From Eledone cirrhosa (taxonomy: Eukaryota): a stretch of DNA of 64,000 bases. Of this stretch, positions 23,451 to 34,650 are shown piece by piece. Each line of letters starts with the position of its first letter. Within the stretch, counting starts at the first letter, position 1. A program made the position numbers and the translations under genes. The notes under the pieces were generated by a model that was given only the letters and a program-made list of their open reading frames with translations, had not been told where the DNA came from and searched no databases. The stretch is from the NCBI GenBank assembly GCA_964016885.1, contig OZ024743.1, positions 143,344,001-143,408,000 of the forward strand, written 5' to 3'.

Positions 23451-26400
23451 TGGTGCTTGCTGCTTGGTGTTTGGTGTTTTGGTGTTTTGTGCTAGGTGCT
23501 TGGTGTTTGGTACTTGGTGATTGGTGCTTGGTGCTTCGTGTTTTGTGTTTGGTGTTTGGTCTTTGGTGCTTGGTGTTTGGTGCTTGGTGCTTGGTGCTTG
23601 GTGTTTGGTGTTTGGTGTTTGGTGCTTGGTGCTTGGTGTTTGGTGTTTGTTGTTTGGTGCTTTGTGTCTGGTGCTTGGTGTTTGGTGCTTGGTGTTTGGT
23701 GTTCGGTGTTTGGTGCTTTTTGCTTGGTGCTTGGTGTTTGGTGCTTGGTGCTTGGTGTTTGGTGCTGGGTGCTTGGTGCTTGGTGTTTGGTGCTTGGTGC
23801 TTGGTGCTTGGTGATTGGTGTTTGGTGTTATATGCTTGGTGTTTGATGCTTGGTGCTTGGTGTTTGGTCTTTGGTGTTTGATGCTTGGTGCTTGGTGCTT
23901 TGTGTTTGGTGCTTGGTGCTTGGTGTTTGTACTTGGTGCTTGGTGCTTGGTGCTTGGTGTTTGGTGCTTGGTGCCTGGTGCTTGGTGTTTGGTGCTTGGT
24001 GTTTGGTGTTTGGTGCTTGGTGTTTGGTGCTTGGTGCTTGGTGTTAGGTGTTTGGTGCTTGGTGCTTGGTGCTTGGTCTTTGGTGCTTGGTGTTTGGTGC
24101 TTGGTGTTTGGTGCTTAGTGCTTGGTGCTTGGTGCTTGGTGCTTGGTGTTTGGTGGTTGGTGTTTGGTGCTTGGTGTTAGGTGTTTGGTGCTTGGTGCTT
24201 GGTGTTTGGTGTTTGGTGCTTGGTGCTTGAAGTTTGGTGTTTGGTGCTTGGTGCTTGGTGCTTGGTCCTTGGTCTTTGGTGCTTGGTGTTTGGTGCTTGG
24301 TGTTTGGTGCTTGGTGCTTGGTGCTTGGTGCTTGGTGTTTGGTGCTTGGTGCTTGGTGTTTGGTGTTTGGTGCTTGGTGTTTGGTGCTTGGTACTTGGTG
24401 CTTGGTGCTTGGTGTTAGATGTTTGGTGCTTGGTGCTTGGTGTCTGGTTTTTGGTGCTTGGTGCTTGGTGTTTGTTGTTTGGTGCTTGCTGCTGGCTGCT
24501 TGGTGTTTGGTGCTTGGTGATTGGTGCTAGGTGTTTGGTGCTAGGTGCTTGGTGTTTGGTGCTTGGTGCTTGGTGTTTGTACTTGGTGCTTGGTGTTTGG
24601 TGCTTGGTGCTTGGTGTTTGGTGTTTGGTGTTTGGTGCTTGGTGTTTGGTGCTTGGTACTTGGTGCTTGGTGCTTGGTGTTAGGTGTTTGGTGCTTGGTG
24701 CTTGGTGTTTGGTTTTTGGTGCTTGGTGTTTGGTGTTTGGTGCTGGCTGCTTGGTGTTTGATGCTTGGTGATTGGTGCTTGGTGTTTGGTGCTTGGTGTT
24801 TCGTGTTTGGTGCTAGGTGCTTGGTGCTTGGTGTTTGGTGCTTAGTGCTTGGTGTTTGGTGCTTGGTGCTTGGTGCTTGGTGCTTGGTGTTTGGTGGTTG
24901 GTGTTTGGTGCTTGGTGTTAGGTGTTTGGTGCTTGGTGCTTGGTGTTTGGTGTTTGGTGCTTGGTGTTTTGTGTTTGGTGTTTGGTGCTTGGTGCTTGGT
25001 GGTTGGTGCTTGCTGCTTGGTGCTTGGTGCTTGGTGTTTGGTGGTTGGTGTTTGGTACTTGGTGTTAGGTGTTTGGTGCTTGGTGTTTGGTCTTTTGGTG
25101 TTTTGTGCTAGGTGCTTGGTGTTTGGTACTTGGTGATTGGTGCTTGGTGCTTCGTGTTTTGTGTTTGGTGTTTGGTCTTTGGTGCTTGGTGTTTGGTGCT
25201 TGGTGCTTGGTGCTTGGTGTTTGGTGTTTGGTGCTTGGTGCTTGGTGTTTGGTGTTTGTTGTTTGGTGCTTGGTGTCTGGTGCTTGGTGTTTGGTGCTTG
25301 GTGTTTGGTGTTCGGTGTTTGGTGCTTTTTGCTTGGTGCTTGGTGCTTGGTGTTTGGTGCTTGGTGCTTGGTGTTTGGTGCTGGGTGCTTGGTGCTTGGT
25401 GTTTGGTGCTTGGTGCTTGGTGATTGGTGTTTGGTGTTATATGCTTGGTGTTTGATGCTTGGTGCTTGGTGCTTGGTGTTTGGTCTTTGGTGTTTGATGC
25501 TTGGTGCTTGGTGCTTGGTGTTTGGTGCTTGGTGCTTGGTGTTTGTACTTGGTACTTGGTGCTTGGTGCTTGGTGTTTGGTGCTTGGTGTTTGGTGCTTG
25601 GTGCTTGGTGTTTGGTGGTTGGTGTTTGGTGCTTGGTGTTAGGTGTTTGGTGCTTGGTGCTTGGTGTTTGGTGTTTGGTGCTTGGTGTTTGGTGTTTGGT
25701 GCTTGGTGCTTGGTACTTGGTGCTTGGTGCTTGGTGTTAGGTGTTTGGTGCTTGGTGCTTGGTGCTTGGTGTTTGGTGCTTGGTGTTTGGTGCTTGGTGT
25801 ATGGTGCTTGGTGCTTGGTGCTTGGTGCTTGGTGTTTGGTGGTTGGTGTTTGGTGCTTGGTGTTAGGTGTTTGGTGCTTGGTGCTTGGTGTTTGGTATTT
25901 GGTGCTTGGTGTTTGGTGTTTGGTGCTTGGTGTTTGGTGCTTTTTGCTTGGTGCTTGGTGTTTGATGCTTGGTGCTTGGTGTTTGGTGCTGGGTGCTTGG
26001 TGCTTGGTGTTTGGTGTTTGGTGCTTGGTGTTTGGTGTTTGGTGTTATATGCTTGGTGTTTGATGCTTGGTGCTTGGTGCTTGTTGTTTGGTGTTTGGTG
26101 CTTGGTGTTTGATGCTTGGTGCTTGGTGCTTGGTGTTTGGTGCTTGGTGCTTGGTGTTTGGTGCTTGGTGCTTGGTGTTTGGTGCTTGGTGTTTGGTGCT
26201 TGGTGCTTGGTGCTTGGTGCTTGATGTTTGGTGGTTGGTGCTTGGTGCTTGGTGTTAGGTGTTTGGTGCTTGGTGCTTGGTGTTTGGTGTTTGGTGCTTG
26301 GTGTTTGGTGCTTGGTACTTGGTGCTTGGTGTTCGGTGTTTGGTGCTTGGTGCTTGGTGTCTGGTTTTTGGTGCTTGGTGCTTGGTGTTTGGTGTTTGGT

Positions 26401-29400
26401 GCTTGCTGCTGGCTGCTTGGTGTTTGGTGCTTGGTGATTGGTGCTAGGTGTTTGGTGCTAGGTGCTTGGTGTTTGGTGCTTGGTGCTTGGTGTTTGGTGC
26501 TTGGTGCTTGGTGTTTGGTGTTTGGTGCTTGGTGTTTGGTGATTGGTGCTTGGTGCTTGGTGTTTGGTGCTTGGTGTTTGGTGCTTGGTGTTAGGTGTTT
26601 GGTGCTTGGTGATTGGTGTTTGGTGTTTGGTGCTTGGTGTTTGGTGTTTGGTGTTATATGCTTGGTGTTTGATGCTTGGTGCTTGGTGCTTGGTGTTTGG
26701 TGCTTGGTGTTTGATGCTTGGTGCTTGGTGCTTGGTGCTTGGTGTTAGGTGTTTGGTGCTTGGTGTTTGGTGCTTGGTGTTTGGTGCTTAGTGCTTGGTG
26801 CTTGGTGCTTGGTGCTTGGTGTTTGGTGGTTGGTGTTTGGTGCTTGGTGTTAGGTGTTTGGTGCTTGGTGGTTGGTGTTTGGTGCTTGGTGTTAGGTGTT
26901 TGGTGCTTGGTGCTTGGTGTTTGGTGTTTGGTGCTTGGTGTTTTGTGTTTGGTGTTTGGTGCTTGGTGCTTGGTGGTTGGTGCTTGGTGTTTGGTGGTTG
27001 GTGTTTGGTACTTGGTGTTAGGTGTTTGGTGCTTGGTGTTTGGTCTTTTGGTGTTTTGTGCTAGGTGCTTGGTGTTTGGTACTTGGTGATTGGTGCTTGG
27101 TGCTTCGTGTTTTGTGTTTGGTGTTTGGTTTTTGGTGCTTGGTGTTTGGTGCTTGGTGCTTGGTGCTTGGTGTTTGGTGTTTGGTGCTTGGTGCTTGGTG
27201 TTTGGTGTTTGTTGTTTGGTGCTTGGTGTCTGGTGCTTGGTGTTTGGTGCTTGGTGTTTGGTGTTCGGTGTTTGGTGCTTTTTGCTTGGTGCTTGGTGCT
27301 TGGTGTTTGGTGCTTGGTGCTTGGTGTTTGGTGCTGGGTGCTTGGTGCTTGGTGTTTGGTGTTTGGTGCTTGGTGCTTGGTGATTGGTGTTTGGTGTTAT
27401 ATGCTTGGTGTTTGATGCTTGGTGCTTGGTGCTTGGTGTTTGGTCTTTGGTGTTTGATGCTTGGTGCTTGGTGCTTGGTGTTTGGTGCTTGGTGCTTGGT
27501 GTTTGTACTTGGTACTTGGTGCTTGGTGCTTGGTGTTTGGTGCTTGGTGTTTGGTGCTTGGTGCTTGGTGTTTGGTGGTTGGTGTTTGGTGGTTGGTGTT
27601 TGGTGCTTGGTGTTAGGTGTTTGGTGCTTGGTGCTTGGTGTTTGGTGTTTGGTGCTTGGTGTTTGGTGTTTGGTGCTTGGTGCTTGGTACTTGGTGCTTG
27701 GTGCTTGGTGTTAGGTGTTTGGTGCTTGGTGCTTGGTGCTTGGTGTTTGGTGCTTGGTGTTTGGTGCTTGGTGTATGGTGCTTGGTGCTTGGTGCTTGGT
27801 GCTTGGTGTTTGGTGGTTGGTGTTTGGTGCTTGGTGTTAGGTGTTAGGTGTTTGGTGCTTGGTGCTTGGTGTTTGGTATTTGGTGCTTGGTGTTTGGTGT
27901 TTGGTGCTTGGTGTTTGGTGCTTTTTGCTTGGTGCTTGGTGTTTGATGCTTGGTGCTTGGTGTTTGGTGCTGGGTGCTTGGTGCTTGGTGTTTGGTGTTT
28001 GGTGCTTGGTGTTTGGTGTTTGGTGTTATATGCTTGGTGTTTGATGCTTGGTGCTTGGTGCTTGTTGTTTGGTGTTTGGTGCTTGGTGTTTGATGCTTGG
28101 TGCTTGGTGCTTGGTGTTTGGTGCTTGGTGCTTGGTGTTTGGTGCTTGGTGCTTGGTGTTTGGTGCTTGGTGTTTGGTGCTTGGTGCTTGGTGCTTGGTG
28201 CTTGATGTTTGGTGGTTGGTGCTTGGTGCTTGGTGTTAGGTGTTTGGTGCTTGGTGCTTGGTGTTTGGTGTTTGGTGCTTGGTGTTTGGTGCTTGGTACT
28301 TGGTGCTTGGTGTTCGGTGTTTGGTGCTTGGTGCTAGGTGTCTGGTTTTTGGTGCTTGGTGCTTGGTGTTTGGTGTTTGGTGCTTGCTGCTGGCTGCTTG
28401 GTGTTTGGTGCTTGGTGATTGGTGCTAGGTGTTTGGTGCTAGGTGCTTGGTGTTTGGTGCTTGGTGCTTGGTGTTTGTACTTGGTGCTTGGTGCTTGGTT
28501 CTTGGTGTTTGGTGCTTGGTGCTTGGTGTTTGGTGCTTGGTGCTTGGTGTTTGGTGTTTGGTGCTTGGTGTTTGGTGCTTGGTGCTTGGTGCTTGGTGTT
28601 TGGTGCTTGGTGTTTGGTGCTTGGTGTTAGGTGTTTGGTGCTTGGTGCTTGGTGTTTGGTGTTTGGTGCTTGGTGTTTGGTGTTTGGTGTTATAAGCTTG
28701 GTGTTTGATGCTTGGTGCTTGGTTCTTGGTGTTTGGTGCTTGGTGTTTGATGCTTGGTGCTTGGTGCTTGGTGTTTGGTGCTTGGTGCTTGGTGTTTGTA
28801 CTTGGTGCTTGGTGCTTGGTTCTTGGTGTTTGGTGCTTGGTGCTTGGTGTTTGGTGCTTGGTGCTTGGTGTTTGGTGCTTGGTGTTTGGTGCTTGGTGTT
28901 TGGTGCTTGGTGCTTGGTGCTTGGTGTTTGGTGCTTGGTGTTTGGTGCTTGGTGTTAGGTGTTAGTTGCTTGATGTTTGGTGTTTGGTGCTTGGTGTTTG
29001 GTCTTAGGTGTTTGGTGCTTGGTGTTTGGTGTTTGGTGCTTGGTGTTTGGTGCTTGGTGCTTGGTGTTTGGTGTTTGGTGCTTGGTGTTTGGTGCTTGGT
29101 ACTTGGTGCTTGGTGCTTGGTGTTAGGTGTTTGGTGCTTGGTGCTTGGTGTTTGGTTTTTGGTGCTTGGTGTTTGGTGTTTGGTGCTGGCTGCTTCGTGT
29201 TTGATGCTTGGTGATTGGTGCTTGGTGTTTGGTGCTTGGTGTTTGGTGTTTGGTGCTAGGTGATTGGTGCTTGGTGTTTGGTGCTTGGTGCTTGGTGCTT
29301 GGTGTTTGGTGCTTGGTGTTTGGTGCTTGGTGCTTGGTGTTTGGTGTTTGGTGCTTGGTGCTTGGTGCTTGGTGCTTGGTGTTTGGTGCTTGGAGTTTGG

Positions 29401-32400
29401 TGCTTGGTGTTAGGTGTTTGGTGCTTGGTGTTTGGTGCTTGGTGCTTGGTGTTTGGTGCTTGGTGTTTGGTGCTTGGTGTTAGGTGTTTGGTGCTTGGTG
29501 CTTGGTGTTTGGTTTTTGGTGCTTGGTGCTTGGTGTTTGGTGTTTGGTCCTTGCTGCTGGCTGCTTGGTGTTTGGTTCTTGGTGATTGGTGCTTGGTGTT
29601 TGGTGCTTGGTGTTTGGTGTTTGGTGCTAGGTGCTTGGTGTTTGGTGCTTGGTGCTTGGTGTTTGTACTTGGTGCTTGGTCCTTGGTTCTTGGTGTTTGG
29701 TGTTTGGTTTTTGGTGCTTGGTGCTTGGTGTTTGGTGTTTGGTCCTTGCTGCTGGCTGCTTGGTGTTTGGTTCTTGGTGCTTGGTGCTTGGTGTTTGGTG
29801 CTTGGTGTTTGGTGCTTGGTGTTTGGTGCTTGGTGTTTGGTGCTTGGTGCTTGGTGTTTGGTGCTTGGTGCTTGGTGTTTGGTGCCTGGTGCTTGGTGCT
29901 TGGTGTTTGGTGTTTGGTGCTTGGTGCTTGAAGTTTGGTGTTTGGTGCTTGGTGCTTGGTGCTTGGTCCTTGGTCTTTGGTGCTTGGTGTTTGGTGCTTG
30001 GTGTTTGGTGCTTGGTGCTTGGTGCTTGGTGCTTGGTGTTTGGTGCTTGGTGCTTGGTGTTTGGTGTTTGGTGCTTGGTGTTTGGTGCTTGGTACTTGGT
30101 GCTTGGTGTTAGGTATTTGGTGCTTGGTGCTTGGTGTTTGGTTTTTGGTGCTTGGTGCTTGGTGTTTGGTGTTTGGTGCTTGCTGCTGGCTGCTTGGTGT
30201 TTGGTGCTTGGTGCTTGGTGTTTGGTGCTTGGTGTTTGGTGTTTGGTGCTAGGTGCTTGGTGTTTGGTGCTTGGTGCTTGGTGTTTGGTGTTTGGTGTTT
30301 GGTGCTTGGTGCTTGATGTTTGGTGCTTGGTGCTGGGTGGTTGGTGTTTGGTGCTTGGTGTTTGGTGCTGGGTGCTTGGTGTTTGGTGCTTGGTGCTTGG
30401 TCTTTGGTGCTTGGTTTTTGGTGTTTGGTGCTTGGTGCTTGGTGTTTGGTGCTTGGTGCTTGGTGTTTGGTGCTTGGTGCTTGGTGCTTAGTGTTTGGTG
30501 CTAGGTGCTTGGGGTTTGGTGTTTGGTGCTTCGTGCTTGGTGTTTGGTGCTTGGTGCTTGGTGTTTGGTGTTTGGTGCTTGGTGCTTGGTGTTTGGTGTT
30601 TGCTGTTTGCTGTTTGGTGTTTGTTGTTTGGTGTTTGTTGTTTGCTGTTTGGTGTTAGGTGTTTGATGTTTGCTGTTTGGTGTCTGCTTTTTGGTGTTTG
30701 GTGTTTGCTGTATGTTGTTTGCTGTTTGGTGTTTGGTGTTTGGTGCTTGGTGCTTGGTGTTTGGTGCTTGGTGCTTGGTGTTTGGTGCCTGGTGCTTGGT
30801 GCTTGGTGTTTGGTGTTTGGTGTTTGGTGCTTGGAGTTTGGTGTTTGGTGCTTGGTGCTTGGTGTTTTGTGTTTGGTGTTTGGTTTTGGTGCTTGGTGCT
30901 TGGTGCTTGGTCCTTGGTGTTTGGTGCTGGGTGCTTTGTGTTTTGTGCTTGGTGCTTGGTGCTTGGTGTTTGATGCTTGGTGCTTGGTGCTTGGTGTTTT
31001 GTGTTTGGTGCTTAGTGCTTGGTGTTTGGTGCTTGGTGCTTGGTGCTTGGTGTTTGTACTTGGTGCTTGGTGCTTGGTGTTTGGTTCTTGGTGTTTCGTA
31101 CTTGGTGCTTGGTGTTTGGTGTTTGGTGCTTGGTGTTTGGTGCTTGGTGCTTGGTGCTTGCTGTTAGGTGTCTGGTGCTTGGTGCTTGGTGTTTGGTGCT
31201 TCATGCTTGGTGCTTGGTGTTTGGTGCTTGGTTTTTGGAGCTTAGTTTCTGGTGCTTGGTGTTTGGTGCTTGGTGCTTGGTGTTTGGTGCTTGGTGTTAG
31301 GTGTTTGGTGCTTGGTGTTTGATCCTTGGTGCTTGGTGTTTGGTGTTTGGTGCTTGGTGTTTGGTGTTTGGTGCTTGCTGCTTGGTGTTTGGTGTTTTGG
31401 TGTTTTGTGCTAGGTGCTTGGTGTTTGGTACTTGGTGATTGGTGCTTGGTGCTTCGTGTTTTGTGTTTGGTGTTTGGTCTTTGGTGCTTGGTGTTTGGTG
31501 CTTGGTGCTTGGTGCTTGGTGTTTGGTGTTTGGTGTTTGGTGCTTGGTGCTTGGTGTTTGGTGTTTGTTGTTTGGTGCTTTGTGTCTGGTGCTTGGTGTT
31601 TGGTGCTTGGTGTTTGGTGTTCGGTGTTTGGTGCTTTTTGCTTGGTGCTTGGTGTTTGGTGCTTGGTGCTTGGTGTTTGGTGCTGGGTGCTTGGTGCTTG
31701 GTGTTTGGTGCTTGGTGCTTGGTGCTTGGTGATTGGTGTTTGGTGTTATATGCTTGGTGTTTGATGCTTGGTGCTTGGTGTTTGGTCTTTGGTGTTTGAT
31801 GCTTGGTGCTTGGTGCTTTGTGTTTGGTGCTTGGTGCTTGGTGTTTGTACTTGGTGCTTGGTGCTTGGTGCTTGGTGTTTGGTGCTTGGTGCCTGGTGCT
31901 TGGTGTTTGGTGCTTGGTGTTTGGTGTTTGGTGCTTGGTGTTTGGTGCTTGGTGCTTGGTGTTAGGTGTTTGGTGCTTGGTGCTTGGTGCTTGGTCTTTG
32001 GTGCTTGGTGTTTGGTGCTTGGTGTTTGGTGCTTAGTGCTTGGTGCTTGGTGCTTGGTGCTTGGTGTTTGGTGGTTGGTGTTTGGTGCTTGGTGTTAGGT
32101 GTTTGGTGCTTGGTGCTTGGTGTTTGGTGTTTGGTGCTTGGTGCTTGAAGTTTGGTGTTTGGTGCTTGGTGCTTGGTGCTTGGTCCTTGGTCTTTGGTGC
32201 TTGGTGTTTGGTGCTTGGTGTTTGGTGCTTGGTGCTTGGTGCTTGGTGCTTGGTGTTTGGTGCTTGGTGCTTGGTGTTTGGTGTTTGGTGCTTGGTGTTT
32301 GGTGCTTGGTACTTGGTGCTTGGTGCTTGGTGTTAGATGTTTGGTGCTTGGTGCTTGGTGTCTGGTTTTTGGTGCTTGGTGCTTGGTGTTTGTTGTTTGG

Positions 32401-34650
32401 TGCTTGCTGCTGGCTGCTTGGTGTTTGGTGCTTGGTGATTGGTGCTAGGTGTTTGGTGCTAGGTGCTTGGTGTTTGGTGCTTGGTGCTTGGTGTTTGTAC
32501 TTGGTGCTTGGTGTTTGGTGCTTGGTGCTTGGTGTTTGGTGTTTGGTGTTTGGTGCTTGGTGTTTGGTGCTTGGTACTTGGTGCTTGGTGCTTGGTGTTA
32601 GGTGTTTGGTGCTTGGTGCTTGGTGTTTGGTTTTTGGTGCTTGGTGTTTGGTGTTTGGTGCTGGCTGCTTGGTGTTTGATGCTTGGTGATTGGTGCTTGG
32701 TGTTTGGTGCTTGGTGTTTCGTGTTTGGTGCTAGGTGCTTGGTGCTTGGTGTTTGGTGCTTAGTGCTTGGTGTTTGGTGCTTGGTGCTTGGTGCTTGGTG
32801 CTTGGTGTTTGGTGGTTGGTGTTTGGTGCTTGGTGTTAGGTGTTTGGTGCTTGGTGCTTGGTGTTTGGTGTTTGGTGCTTGGTGTTTTGTGTTTGGTGTT
32901 TGGTGCTTGGTGCTTGGTGGTTGGTGCTTGCTGCTTGGTGCTTGGTGCTTGGTGTTTGGTGGTTGGTGTTTGGTACTTGGTGTTAGGTGTTTGGTGCTTG
33001 GTGTTTGGTCTTTTGGTGTTTTGTGCTAGGTGCTTGGTGTTTGGTACTTGGTGATTGGTGCTTGGTGCTTCGTGTTTTGTGTTTGGTGTTTGGTCTTTGG
33101 TGCTTGGTGTTTGGTGCTTGGTGCTTGGTGCTTGGTGTTTGGTGTTTGGTGCTTGGTGCTTGGTGTTTGGTGTTTGTTGTTTGGTGCTTGGTGTCTGGTG
33201 CTTGGTGTTTGGTGCTTGGTGTTTGGTGTTCGGTGTTTGGTGCTTTTTGCTTGGTGCTTGGTGCTTGGTGTTTGGTGCTTGGTGCTTGGTGTTTGGTGCT
33301 GGGTGCTTGGTGCTTGGTGTTTGGTGCTTGGTGCTTGGTGATTGGTGTTTGGTGTTATATGCTTGGTGTTTGATGCTTGGTGCTTGGTGCTTGGTGTTTG
33401 GTCTTTGGTGTTTGATGCTTGGTGCTTGGTGCTTGGTGTTTGGTGCTTGGTGCTTGGTGTTTGTACTTGGTACTTGGTGCTTGGTGCTTGGTGTTTGGTG
33501 CTTGGTGTTTGGTGCTTGGTGCTTGGTGTTTGGTGGTTGGTGTTTGGTGCTTGGTGTTAGGTGTTTGGTGCTTGGTGCTTGGTGTTTGGTGTTTGGTGCT
33601 TGGTGTTTGGTGTTTGGTGCTTGGTGCTTGGTACTTGGTGCTTGGTGCTTGGTGTTAGGTGTTTGGTGCTTGGTGCTTGGTGCTTGGTGTTTGGTGCTTG
33701 GTGTTTGGTGCTTGGTGTATGGTGCTTGGTGCTTGGTGCTTGGTGCTTGGTGTTTGGTGGTTGGTGTTTGGTGCTTGGTGTTAGGTGTTTGGTGCTTGGT
33801 GCTTGGTGTTTGGTATTTGGTGCTTGGTGTTTGGTGTTTGGTGCTTGGTGTTTGGTGCTTTTTGCTTGGTGCTTGGTGTTTGATGCTTGGTGCTTGGTGT
33901 TTGGTGCTGGGTGCTTGGTGCTTGGTGTTTGGTGTTTGGTGCTTGGTGTTTGGTGTTTGGTGTTATATGCTTGGTGTTTGATGCTTGGTGCTTGGTGCTT
34001 GTTGTTTGGTGTTTGGTGCTTGGTGTTTGATGCTTGGTGCTTGGTGCTTGGTGTTTGGTGCTTGGTGCTTGGTGTTTGGTGCTTGGTGCTTGGTGTTTGG
34101 TGCTTGGTGTTTGGTGCTTGGTGCTTGGTGCTTGGTGCTTGATGTTTGGTGGTTGGTGCTTGGTGCTTGGTGTTAGGTGTTTGGTGCTTGGTGCTTGGTG
34201 TTTGGTGTTTGGTGCTTGGTGTTTGGTGCTTGGTACTTGGTGCTTGGTGTTCGGTGTTTGGTGCTTGGTGCTTGGTGTCTGGTTTTTGGTGCTTGGTGCT
34301 TGGTGTTTGGTGTTTGGTGCTTGCTGCTGGCTGCTTGGTGTTTGGTGCTTGGTGATTGGTGCTAGGTGTTTGGTGCTAGGTGCTTGGTGTTTGGTGCTTG
34401 GTGCTTGGTGTTTGGTGCTTGGTGCTTGGTGTTTGGTGTTTGGTGCTTGGTGTTTGGTGATTGGTGCTTGGTGCTTGGTGTTTGGTGCTTGGTGTTTGGT
34501 GCTTGGTGTTAGGTGTTTGGTGCTTGGTGCTTGGTGTTTGGTGTTTGGTGCTTGGTGTTTGGTGTTTGGTGTTATATGCTTGGTGTTTGATGCTTGGTGC
34601 TTGGTGCTTGGTGTTTGGTGCTTGGTGTTTGATGCTTGGTGCTTGGTGCT
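18786..34650 (+). repeat. Near-identical head-to-tail duplication, period 7,918 bp (copy 1 ~18786-26724, copy 2 ~26725-34650)
   Basis: Constant ORF-track offset of 7918 from 19104/27022 to 26543/34461. Landmarks TTGGAGC-TTAGTTT at 23317/31235 and TTGAAGT at 22010/29928 and 24227/32145. Confidence 0.95.
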
